Below are positions 30,751-39,781 of a DNA stretch of 64,000 nucleotides, in pieces. Location: contig CAXRHT010000002.1 in NCBI GenBank assembly GCA_964230645.1, positions 160,001 through 224,000 on the forward strand. Reading direction: 5' to 3'. Position 1 is the first letter of the stretch. The number at the start of each line of letters is the position of its first letter. The notes below the pieces were generated by a model, which saw only the letters and a list, made by a program, of their open reading frames with translations, was not told where the DNA came from and ran no database searches. A program made the position numbers and the translations under genes. The DNA comes from Bdellovibrionales bacterium. Its GTDB lineage: Bacteria; Bdellovibrionota; Bdellovibrionia; Bdellovibrionales; JAGQZY01.

Positions 30751-31419
30751 CTATTTCCAATTGGGAACATGGAAAATTCGCAAGCATTGTCTTAAATTCT
30801 CATCGACGGCCGCTGTGTTTTCTCTAAGACCCCATTCGGGAGGCTCAGGCCAACGGGGGTCGTGACTGGGTAAAAAATAATTGATCGAGTCCGAGGAAAG
30901 CTCACCCGAACTATCGTTGCTATTTTGCAAAAACTCATTGGCTTTTTCTATAGCCTGATTCCAAAGCGCTGAATTTTTAGGGCAGAGAAAATCTTTGTAT
31001 CGAGACGAACTATATATATTTAATGAAGAAGCAAACTGATCCCTTTGAAAAACCACACTTCTTACATCACCATTACGTCGACGAATCCTATTAACAATAA
31101 CATTGGTAATAAGGGGGACGAGTTTTCCATTTTGAGTAGAACAGTTGGCGCCGAGAGTTTCCGCATAAACAAGGCGGGCTAAGAGTTCGCTATCAGAATC
31201 ACTTTGTAAAAGTTGTCGGTAAATAAGGTACTTAGAGTCGTTTCTTCGATTGTTGCGTTGATGATTTGTAATCCTATCGATGTCACTTTGAGAGTCGATG
31301 CACTGGGGGAGGTTTTGTTGTTCTTGTCGAGCTTGAGGGCGTAGAGTGGGGAGTGTCACCTCGGCTAAAATGAGGGAGCTAGTAAGCGAAAATAATAAAA
31401 GAAGTGTTTTCCAAAGCAT
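30751..31419 (-). CDS. SleB/Hydrolase_2-like cell wall hydrolase, secreted
   Basis: LARLVYAE, VIVNR, VVFQRDQF. Confidence 0.8.
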   Translation of the reverse strand: MLWKTLLLLFSLTSSLILAEVTLPTLRPQARQEQQNLPQCIDSQSDIDRITNHQRNNRRNDSKYLIYRQLLQSDSDSELLARLVYAETLGANCSTQNGKLVPLITNVIVNRIRRRNGDVRSVVFQRDQFASSLNIYSSSRYKDFLCPKNSALWNQAIEKANEFLQNSNDSSGELSSDSINYFLPSHDPRWPEPPEWGLRENTAAVDENLRQCLRIFHVPNWK

Positions 31420-31495
31420 TCTTCAACATTATAGATCAGCTTCCTCTTTTTGCGAACACCCGACCAAGGACTGTGAAAACTCTTTACTCATCGTT

Positions 31496-31688
31496 TTGTC
31501 ATTCTGAGTGCGATTGTCATTCTGAGCGAATTTGTCATTCTGAGCGCAGCGAAGAATCTAACGCCACTAAGCTCTGTTATCATTTAAAGTTTTCGGTGAC
31601 AGGTCCTTCGCTGCGCTCAGGACGACAGTGTTAAAATCGCTCAGAATGACAGTCGCACTCAGAATGACAACTGCGCTCAGTATGACAC
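31496..31688. repeat. REP/REPIN-like cluster 5
   Basis: Three TGTCATTCTGAG units, spacer, then four inverted CTCAG(A/G/T)A(T/C)GACA units. Confidence 0.9.
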
Positions 31689-31707
31689 TATGATGGAAGT
31701 TTCAATT

Positions 31708-32874
31708 TCATCGAATCGCTTCGATTCCAGTCACTTGCAAACCAATCACAAGGCGATGAATGTCTTCAGTTCCCTCGTAGGTATTAACTGTCTCCAGATT
31801 CATCATATGGCGAATCACAGGATATTCATCGATAATTCCGTTTCCACCCAACATATCGCGAGCGTCACGAGCGACATCAAGAGCCATGCGGCAGTTATTC
31901 ATCTTTGCTAGCGACACATGGTGAGGATGCATCTCGCCTTTTTCTTTCACTCGTCCAAGTTGCAGAGCCAAAAGCTGTCCCTTGGTGATCTCTTGTACCA
32001 TTTTAACAAGCTTTGCCTGAGCCAATTGGTAACCAGCCAAAGGTTTAGTGAAAATAACTCGCTCTTTGGCGTAGTTAAGCGCCTCATGATAGCAAGTGTT
32101 TGCCGCCCCAAGAACTCCCCAGGCAATCCCATAGCGAGCCTGTGTAAGGCAGCTAAGTGGGCCCTTTAGACCTTCCACTCCTGGCAGAATGGCATCTTCA
32201 GGAACCACACAGTCCTGCATATGTAGCTCACTGGTGGTACTCACACGAAGGGAGAATTTTCCTTTCATCGTGGAGGTGCTAAATCCATCGGTTTTGGTTT
32301 CAACAATAAAGCCACGCACCTTGCCATCAAGTTTGGCCCACACAATGGCGACATCGGAAACACAACCATTTGTGATCCACATTTTATTTCCGTTGAGTTT
32401 GTAGCCACCATCGACTTTTTCAGCCGTTGTTAGCATTCCTCCTGGGTTAGATCCGGCGTCCGGCTCAGTGAGTCCAAAACAACCGATCATTTCTCCTTTG
32501 GCAAGACGGGGAAGGTACTTATTTTTTTGCTCTTCAGAGCCAAAAGCATAAATAGGGTACATCACAAGAGAGCCCTGCACGGAGCAAAAAGAACGCACCC
32601 CAGAATCTGCTCGTTCAAGCTCTTGCATCATGAGTCCATAGGAAACATCTCCTAATCCCGGGCAGTCGTAGCCTTTGATGGTGGGACCAAAGAGTCCAAG
32701 TTCAGCAAACTGTGGAACAAGGTCCATAGGAAACTTTTCATCTCGGTGACATTCCTGAAGACGAGGAATGATCTCTTTTCCGGCGAATTCACGCACGGTG
32801 TTTCGAACCATTAGCTCTTCTTCCGTTAGTAAGCTGTCAAAATCCATATAATTGAGCGATTCGTAAGCGGCCAT
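31708..32874 (-). CDS. gcdH: Glutaryl-CoA dehydrogenase-like acyl-CoA dehydrogenase
   Basis: ELERADSGVRS, SVQGSLVM, GCFGLTEPDAGS, ARYGIAWG, YEGTEDIH; SD AGGAG before ATG 32874. Confidence 0.88.
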   Translation of the reverse strand: MAAYESLNYMDFDSLLTEEELMVRNTVREFAGKEIIPRLQECHRDEKFPMDLVPQFAELGLFGPTIKGYDCPGLGDVSYGLMMQELERADSGVRSFCSVQGSLVMYPIYAFGSEEQKNKYLPRLAKGEMIGCFGLTEPDAGSNPGGMLTTAEKVDGGYKLNGNKMWITNGCVSDVAIVWAKLDGKVRGFIVETKTDGFSTSTMKGKFSLRVSTTSELHMQDCVVPEDAILPGVEGLKGPLSCLTQARYGIAWGVLGAANTCYHEALNYAKERVIFTKPLAGYQLAQAKLVKMVQEITKGQLLALQLGRVKEKGEMHPHHVSLAKMNNCRMALDVARDARDMLGGNGIIDEYPVIRHMMNLETVNTYEGTEDIHRLVIGLQVTGIEAIR

Positions 32875-33006
32875 CAGAACTCCTTTTTGTGAGCATCGAT
32901 CACATATTGCCATCTTACCAGAGATTTGAAAAAATAACGTGCTAGGCCCCTTTTGAGTATGCAGTGCAGTACGAAAAGGAGCCAGGCACCTAAGAGAGGA
33001 GTCGCT

Positions 33007-35217
33007 GTGAGTGCATTTAATCGCGCCGAGGTTGTAGACAAGAATTTTTTGAAGTCCGTTAAAGATCGGCATTTCCCAGAGGCCAAAACTCACTGGGAGT
33101 TTTCAGGCTCCTCACTCACGGGACCTGAACTGATTGACTTGTTTGAGACCCAAGTGATGAGTCGGCTCCTTGATCTTCGCGCTAGAGAACTTAAAAAAGA
33201 CAACCTTTGCTACTACACCATCGGCAGTGCTGGACATGAGGGCAATGCCGCTTTTGCCAAAGCCTTCAATCTCACTGACATGGCGTTTCTCCATTACCGC
33301 AGTGGAGCCTTTTATCTTCAGCGCGCCAAACAAAAAGGGGGGAGCACGCCTCTCTACGATATGCTCCTTTCTTTTATGGCCTCAAAAGAAGACCCCATCT
33401 CAGGGGGGCGTCATAAAGTTATTGGCCACAAAGACCTTTTTATCCCCCCTCAGACAAGTACGATTGCCTCGCATTTGCCAAAAGCTTTAGGAGCCGCACT
33501 TTCCATAAGTAAATCAAAAGATCTGGGACTTGAGCCTTATCTCCCACACGACAGCGTGGCTCTTTGTAGTTTCGGTGATGCTTCAGCCAATCATTCAACC
33601 GCCCTCGGTGCGATCAACACGGCCTCCTGGGTGGCCTACCAAAACATAAAACTTCCCCTGGTTTATTTTTGCGAAGACAATGGCCTTGGGATTTCTGTCA
33701 AAACTCCCAACGATTGGATTAAAAGAAATTTCTCCGATCGTCCAAGCCTTCTCTATTTAGAGTGTGACGGCTTGAACCTTATTGATGTTTACCAGACCTG
33801 TCGGCAGGCGGCCTCTTACGCTCGTAACCGCAAAAAGCCTGTTTTTATCCGCATGCGAACCATCCGCTTATTAGGGCATGCGGGCTCGGATGTGGAATCC
33901 AATTACCACAGTCTGACATTTATCAAGGACACCGAAAAAGACGATCCTCTTTTACATAGCGCGAGACTCCTTATTGAAAACAATCTTCTCTCCGCTGAGG
34001 AAATACTCAATCTTTATAAAAACATGAAAGCGCGTATTAAGCATGTCTCCGAGGAGGTGACTACCAGGAAACCTCTCAGTGACATCACTGAAATAGAGGC
34101 GAGCATCACCGCTTGTGATCACCCAAAAGAGCCCATGCCAGAATCAAGTCATGGGGATAGAGAAAAAATCTTTGATCGTGAATTCTCTAAGCTTGAAACC
34201 CCACAGCATATGGCAAAACTCATCAATTGGGGTCTAACGGACATCATGTTGCAGTACCCTCAGACCGTGGTTTTTGGTGAAGATGTGGCTCAAAAAGGCG
34301 GGGTTTATCACGTCACCGACAATTTAAAAAACCGCTTTCGCTCAAGAAGAGTTTTCAATTCCCCCCTTGATGAGCAGTCGATCCTTGGCACAGCGATTGG
34401 CTTAGCCCATAACAACTTCCTACCCATTCCTGAAATTCAATTCTTAGCTTACGTTCACAATGCCGAAGATCAGATAAGAGGGGAGGCGGCCACTCTCGCT
34501 TTCTTTTCTAAGGGACAATACACCAATCCCATGGTGATTCGTATAGCCGGTCTTGCTTACCAAAAAGGCTTTGGGGGTCATTTTCATAACGATAATTCAT
34601 TGGCTGTTTTTAGAGACATTCCAGGTCTTATTATCGCCGTTCCAAGCCACGGGGCCGACGCGGTAAAGATGCTACGCACCTGTGTGAAAATGGCCCACGA
34701 GCAGGGAAGAGTTTGTGTTTTTATTGAGCCCATTGCACTTTATATGACAAGAGACCTGCATGAAGAAGGCGATAAACTTTGGACTTTCGAGTATCCAAAG
34801 CCAGGCGAGGTGAGTGAATTAGGAGAATTTGAAGTCTATGGGAAAGGGGAGGTGGCTTTGATCACCTATGGAAACGGCACCTATTATTCCCTTCAGGCTC
34901 AAAAAGTATTAAAGGATCAACATAAGATTGATTGCGAAGTGATTGATCTTAAATGGATTGCACCGATTGATTATGAAAAATTAAAAGAGCAACTTAGAGG
35001 CAAAAAGAAAGTTCTGTTTGTCGAAGAGTGCCGAACCACCGGCTCACTGGCGGAATCGGTAGTGGCTCGATTAGCCGTTCTTAACACAGGGAGCGAGTTT
35101 AGAATCCACGGCGCCGCAGATTGTTTTATCCCACTGGGGCCTGCTGCCACAGCAGGCCTTCCCTCCAAAGAATCAATCGTTAAGGAAGTCTTAGATTTTA
35201 CCGGGAGTTCGAAATGA
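33007..35217 (+). CDS. Fused alpha/beta E1 2-oxoacid dehydrogenase (ThDP-dependent)
   Basis: GDASANH...EDNG, GHAGSD, FGEDV, EIQFLAY, GGHFHN; SD GAGGAG before GTG. Confidence 0.9.
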   Translation: MSAFNRAEVVDKNFLKSVKDRHFPEAKTHWEFSGSSLTGPELIDLFETQVMSRLLDLRARELKKDNLCYYTIGSAGHEGNAAFAKAFNLTDMAFLHYRSGAFYLQRAKQKGGSTPLYDMLLSFMASKEDPISGGRHKVIGHKDLFIPPQTSTIASHLPKALGAALSISKSKDLGLEPYLPHDSVALCSFGDASANHSTALGAINTASWVAYQNIKLPLVYFCEDNGLGISVKTPNDWIKRNFSDRPSLLYLECDGLNLIDVYQTCRQAASYARNRKKPVFIRMRTIRLLGHAGSDVESNYHSLTFIKDTEKDDPLLHSARLLIENNLLSAEEILNLYKNMKARIKHVSEEVTTRKPLSDITEIEASITACDHPKEPMPESSHGDREKIFDREFSKLETPQHMAKLINWGLTDIMLQYPQTVVFGEDVAQKGGVYHVTDNLKNRFRSRRVFNSPLDEQSILGTAIGLAHNNFLPIPEIQFLAYVHNAEDQIRGEAATLAFFSKGQYTNPMVIRIAGLAYQKGFGGHFHNDNSLAVFRDIPGLIIAVPSHGADAVKMLRTCVKMAHEQGRVCVFIEPIALYMTRDLHEEGDKLWTFEYPKPGEVSELGEFEVYGKGEVALITYGNGTYYSLQAQKVLKDQHKIDCEVIDLKWIAPIDYEKLKEQLRGKKKVLFVEECRTTGSLAESVVARLAVLNTGSEFRIHGAADCFIPLGPAATAGLPSKESIVKEVLDFTGSSK

Positions 35218-36221
35218 GTAAAAAAAGAATCGTCGTAGTCTGTCCTGGAAGAGGTTCATACACCAAAGAAAATCTAGGCACCCTCATTGATAGAACGTCC
35301 ATGAAAGAAGAACTTAGACTTCTTGATGAAGAAAGAACAAGGCTCAATTATCCCTCACTGAGTGAACTCGATGGGGCCGAAAAGTTTAAAACTTCAGTAC
35401 ACACAAAAGGGGAGCATGCCTCTCCTCTAATTTATGCTTGCAGTAAAGCCGACTTTTTAGAGATCAATCGAGAGGATTACGAAGTGGTCGCCATCGCCGG
35501 AAACTCCATGGGATGGTATTTAACTCTAGCTTTCTCAGGCGTCCTTGATGAACTCGACTCCTATCGCTTAATACAAACTATGGGCTCAATGATGGAAGAG
35601 GGACTCATTGGCGGACAAGTCATTTACCCAATTATCGATAAAACCTGGAACATTGACCCTAAAAAAGAAAAGCTTATTAGCAATATTTTAAAAGAAATCA
35701 ATGAAAGACAGGAGTGCGAGGTTTTTGTCTCCATCCACTTAGGAGGCTATAAAGTTCTTGCAGGTAACAAAGAGGGCGTAAAACAACTTCTAGAAAAACT
35801 CCCCAAACAAGAAAACTACCCCTTCCAACTGGTCAACCACGGCGCTTTTCACACCCCTCTATTAAAGGACATCTCAGAAAAAGCCGAACACGGCCTATAC
35901 CAATTAAAATTCAGCAAACCTAAAGTTCCCATAATTGATGGCGAAGGAAAAATCTGGCAACCCTATTCCACTGATCTAAAAAACCTTTACGATTACACCT
36001 TAAAAACCCAGGTCCTTGAAACCTACAATTTCACTAAATCCATAGAAGTCGCCCTAAAAGAATTCGCCCCCGACCACCTGGTCCTATTAGGCCCCGGCAA
36101 TTCTTTAGGAGGAGCCATCGGCCAAATCATGGTCCAAAACCAATGGAAAGGAATAAAAACAAAAGAGGACTTCTCAAACCTACAGCTAAAAAAACCTTTT
36201 CTTATCTCACTGGGGTTATAA
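35214..36221 (+). CDS. FabD-like acyltransferase, atypical
   Basis: CPGRG, GNSMG nucleophile elbow, AFHTP, LGPG; ATGA overlap with E1. Confidence 0.85.
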   Translation: MSKKRIVVVCPGRGSYTKENLGTLIDRTSMKEELRLLDEERTRLNYPSLSELDGAEKFKTSVHTKGEHASPLIYACSKADFLEINREDYEVVAIAGNSMGWYLTLAFSGVLDELDSYRLIQTMGSMMEEGLIGGQVIYPIIDKTWNIDPKKEKLISNILKEINERQECEVFVSIHLGGYKVLAGNKEGVKQLLEKLPKQENYPFQLVNHGAFHTPLLKDISEKAEHGLYQLKFSKPKVPIIDGEGKIWQPYSTDLKNLYDYTLKTQVLETYNFTKSIEVALKEFAPDHLVLLGPGNSLGGAIGQIMVQNQWKGIKTKEDFSNLQLKKPFLISLGL

Positions 36222-36254
36222 ACAAGAACAAAGACAAACCTAAGAAATCTTCTA

Positions 36255-36440
36255 GAATCATTTTGTCATCTTTTGAAATCTTGGATATGGGAAAGTTATA
36301 CCGCAGGCTCGAGCAACGAGCGCTGCGTATCTTGGGTTGCAGCACGAAGTGATGCAATCCGGGAGACGAAGTGCACCCGCTTGCATGCCTGAGGGATAGC
36401 TTTCCCATATCCAAGATTTCAAAAGATGACAAAATGATTC
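36255..36440. repeat. 186-bp hairpin element with perfect 41-bp inverted arms (MITE/REPIN-like)
   Basis: 36255-36295 is the reverse complement of 36400-36440; nested inner stem. Confidence 0.9.
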
Positions 36441-36443
36441 GGG

Positions 36444-36800
36444 TTACTTGCACCCAGGCAGGTCAAAGCGCTCGATACGCTTTTTCGTGCAGTAGCCTCT
36501 AGGATCTTTGGAGTTGTAATCAAGAAACATGACTTCCAATTTACCAGCCACGACCTTCATATAATTGATCCCGCAGTATTTCTTAGAAAACACAGCCACC
36601 TTGTTATTTTTAGAGCAAATAAGGTGAGCTTTCACATTATTAGGACGTTGAATGGGCTCTCCGAGGTATTTAGACTCAGCTTTAATCATTTTGCCTTGAG
36701 GGGCCTTCACACTCCATTGACGATCCTTGAAAAAACCATTGGGATCATCTTCAAGAGTAAAAATAAAAGGAAAAAGAATTAAGAGGATTATTTGCATCAT
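36444..36800 (-). CDS. Small secreted Cys-containing protein
   Basis: Hydrophobic N-terminus, 4 Cys; overlaps the stop of the upstream gene. Confidence 0.7.
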   Translation of the reverse strand: MMQIILLILFPFIFTLEDDPNGFFKDRQWSVKAPQGKMIKAESKYLGEPIQRPNNVKAHLICSKNNKVAVFSKKYCGINYMKVVAGKLEVMFLDYNSKDPRGYCTKKRIERFDLPGCK

Positions 36801-37519
36801 GTTCCTCCTGTGTTACCGCGAGGGGAGGGGCAAGATAAGTGTAAATGGTCATTATGAAGATGATTGTTCGGCTCTTCAGACCCCTGACAGGAGATCATCC
36901 CCTTACAGGTGGGATCTTTAGGTCCCTCGTATTCTTTCACTTTGTCTCTCCAACAGGCGACAAACTTATCATAGGCTTCACGATTATTGGCACGCCCCTG
37001 TTTGGATAAATCCATACTCAACTGCGAACCATCACTTTTGCGACATTTAATACCAAAAAGATCGAGAGCATCTCCTGAGCTATGACGGCTCGGAGAGCCT
37101 GGTCCATCCGGGGTATTTTTCTTTCTTTTCGCATGTCCACCCACACCACAGAATCTCACAGCACTGTGACAACCCATCTCTTCCACACATTCCCTGATCC
37201 ATGCATCAATAAAATTGGCGCACTCCTGGGAGACCCGTGGGCCATTACTTTCTGGGGTAGGAGTTTCATCGCATCCATCTTCACAGAAGGCAATTTTCCG
37301 CTGAGCGGGATCATTATCATGGCATTGTAGTTCAAATCCTGGCAGAGGAGCTCCCTCATAACTATCCAACCTTACAAACGCGTTGGTACCGATATTTTCA
37401 AAATCACGATTGGTAAAGTCGATTCTTTCAGAAGAGGAGTTTCCCTGAGTGGTTTCAGCCATCCCTATGTAGGAGTAACCAAGGCCTAGAATTATCAATA
37501 AAGGGAATAAATATCTCAC
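36797..37519 (-). CDS. Secreted M15/extensin-like zinc peptidase (LAS fold)
   Basis: SRHSSGDALD (Hx6D) and HNDHLH motifs; signal peptide. Confidence 0.75.
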   Translation of the reverse strand: MRYLFPLLIILGLGYSYIGMAETTQGNSSSERIDFTNRDFENIGTNAFVRLDSYEGAPLPGFELQCHDNDPAQRKIAFCEDGCDETPTPESNGPRVSQECANFIDAWIRECVEEMGCHSAVRFCGVGGHAKRKKNTPDGPGSPSRHSSGDALDLFGIKCRKSDGSQLSMDLSKQGRANNREAYDKFVACWRDKVKEYEGPKDPTCKGMISCQGSEEPNNHLHNDHLHLSCPSPRGNTGGT

Positions 37520-37739
37520 AACCTCAACAATATCGCCTTAGGGGCTGTTTTGTAACGGTTTCCTTCTATTTTTTCATTTTTATGTTTCAAATAGAGATCA
37601 AGGTCTAGTTAGGTTTTGATCAATTCGCACTTATTTCATGTAAGTTCTTACAAAGGCTCGCCACTGGCCTGACAGAAAAGGTCCAATTTGTTAATGCCAG
37701 TGGTGGACAAGTGTTCTTAAGCTGTTACCCTTTTGCTCT

Positions 37740-38354
37740 ATGGAAACAGCACATTTTACATCCATTCAAACAGAAAAAGACCTCTCCCTCTTCAAGCATC
37801 TGGCAGGGCATTATGTAGGCGTTGATCTTCCGATGAGTTACCTCGAGGATGCTCTCGTAATCGCTTTAAAGGACAAATTTGATGACCGCCTTTATGGTGG
37901 CTTTGTTATGTCTTATAACGGCAATATACGTTGCCTAGAGCAGCTTCCTGAGACCATTCAAAAGCATCATGATTTGATCCGTAAAAACAGAGATCATTGC
38001 TTTGAAATCAATGGTCTATGGCTTGATAAAAAGGCCGCCCCTCAGGGCTCACGCCTTCAGCTTTATCTTGAATGCATGAAGCAATCCATTCGATTAGGCC
38101 TTAAGGGAAAGCACAAATACGTTTACGCCTACAGTTCTGATAATCATAAGTTGCGCCAGTTTTACAAAAACTTTAACTCTTGGAAGATTTACGAAGGGCC
38201 GGTAAGACCACTGCCTGGCTGTGAAAATCCGGGTTCAGAAGTGGTGGAAATGGGCTGTATGAAACGTCTGCCTCTAACAGTTCTTAGAAACCCAAACTTT
38301 TTGGTGGACCGTGCCTTTAATCGCACCAGCCGAAAACTCAAATGGATCAGCTAA
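37740..38354 (+). CDS. Putative GNAT-fold acyltransferase
   Basis: FEINGLWL strand and KLRQFY motif-B-like segment. Confidence 0.5.
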   Translation: METAHFTSIQTEKDLSLFKHLAGHYVGVDLPMSYLEDALVIALKDKFDDRLYGGFVMSYNGNIRCLEQLPETIQKHHDLIRKNRDHCFEINGLWLDKKAAPQGSRLQLYLECMKQSIRLGLKGKHKYVYAYSSDNHKLRQFYKNFNSWKIYEGPVRPLPGCENPGSEVVEMGCMKRLPLTVLRNPNFLVDRAFNRTSRKLKWIS

Positions 38355-38358
38355 AACC

Positions 38359-39528
38359 ATGACTCAAACACTCAATGATCTTCTGACAAACTTTTCAAGA
38401 ATCACTCAGGCCACCCCTGTGGATAGCCAAGAGATTTTAGATCTTAGTGCACGAGTGCAAATGCTGACAGAATCAGGAGGTCTAAAATTTGACCGCAATC
38501 CTGACTTTTTTGCTCTGTCTAAAATTCAAGGGGAGCGCAGCTACACCTTCCTTTTTCGAAACTCCGATGGCAGCCTCAAGGGTTATGGCTGCATCTCTAT
38601 TACTCCAATGCTGGTCAAAGGTAAAAAACAGTATTTGGGATATACGAGTGATTTGCGTTTTTCTCCAGATATGGAGAAAGAGACGAAAATTCAGTTCTAT
38701 CAATTTTACGAAACCTTGATTAGGGAATTTAAAAATATCAAGGAGCTTAACTCCTGCGAGTACATTATCTCTAGTATTCTTGACGGCAATGCGGCCGCAA
38801 AAAGTGTTATGGTGAAGAAAAAGGGGCAAAACAAAGGACAACTCATCCATCGTCCCTTCTACTCCTATACTAGCATTAATGTGATCGGAGCCCTTCCTCT
38901 AAGCTCCACGAAAACTTTTGTGCAAAAGGGTAGTGAGAGTGTTAAAGACGAAATTCTCGATTTTTTAACTGCCTCTGAGGGGCAGGAAATCACTTGGACG
39001 AAAGATGAAATCCTACGTCGACAGAAAAATCATGATTTTTCATGGGAAGATTTCTTGCTGATCAGAAACTCCAGAGGAGAGATTAAGGCTTGTTGCACAG
39101 TTCTTAGTGATTTTCGCTACCGCAAGGCTAATGTCGCAAACCTCACCCCAAGTATTCGCTTAAGCCAGTGGGTGGCTTCCGCTCTTGGACGGCCGAAAAT
39201 AAAAGAAAACAAACCCCTTCGCCTAGGTTATGTGAGTTTCTTAAAGATTAAGGAAAAAGACTTAAGCCGACGGGCCGAAATTCTCAAACAATTCTTTAAA
39301 GCTATCTATAAAGAAGAGTCCCGATTACCAAAATCCGAAAGGTTTCATTCTATCACTGTGCATGAGCCCACAAGCTTTAATATGGGAAGGCGTCTGTTAA
39401 AAAAAGGATTTTTAAATGTGGAGCTTCCCGCCACTCTTTATCAAGTGATCCACGAGACTGAACTTAAAGACGAAAATAAAATCAAAAAAAGTGCTAAAAG
39501 ACCCGACTTTGACATCGTCTTTCATTGA
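38359..39528 (+). CDS. Putative tandem-GNAT-fold protein
   Basis: FDRNPDFF, GYTSDLRF, ILDGN; two-lobed size. Confidence 0.5.
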   Translation: MTQTLNDLLTNFSRITQATPVDSQEILDLSARVQMLTESGGLKFDRNPDFFALSKIQGERSYTFLFRNSDGSLKGYGCISITPMLVKGKKQYLGYTSDLRFSPDMEKETKIQFYQFYETLIREFKNIKELNSCEYIISSILDGNAAAKSVMVKKKGQNKGQLIHRPFYSYTSINVIGALPLSSTKTFVQKGSESVKDEILDFLTASEGQEITWTKDEILRRQKNHDFSWEDFLLIRNSRGEIKACCTVLSDFRYRKANVANLTPSIRLSQWVASALGRPKIKENKPLRLGYVSFLKIKEKDLSRRAEILKQFFKAIYKEESRLPKSERFHSITVHEPTSFNMGRRLLKKGFLNVELPATLYQVIHETELKDENKIKKSAKRPDFDIVFH

Positions 39529-39719
39529 CGTTTATTGTTACTCTGCCTTGTAAAAGGCGTTTTTTCTCAGCTTGAGACAGACCCCAAAATCTTTAATTAA
39601 TTTTAAGACCTTACGAGAGTCTTATCCCGTAAAAGTCTTTGCAGTAGAGTCTCCTAAGCATTGTTTCATTCTGAATCAATGTTTTTTAACCTCCTCTTTT
39701 TATTCATAAAAAAAGCCGC

Positions 39720-39735
39720 TGGCACAGCCCTTGCT
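39720..39735 (+). promoter_or_regulatory. Sigma54 (-24/-12) promoter
   Basis: TGGCACAGCCCTTGCT matches TGGCAC-N5-TTGC, ~47 nt before ATG 39782. Confidence 0.8.
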
Positions 39736-39781
39736 CTTTAAAGGGGTGTTGAGAGAAATTTTTATCCCTAAGGGGGGAATT

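Noticed and set aside
31404..31634. 76-aa ORF with CHSE repeats as a metal-binding peptide
   Set aside because: Translation of TGTCATTCTGAG repeats
32875..33093. Long overlap between gcdH and E1 ORFs
   Set aside because: SD-supported starts at 32874 and 33007 remove the overlap
36202..36453. ORFs on both strands sharing RIILSSFEILDMGKL
   Set aside because: Artefact of the 41-bp inverted repeat
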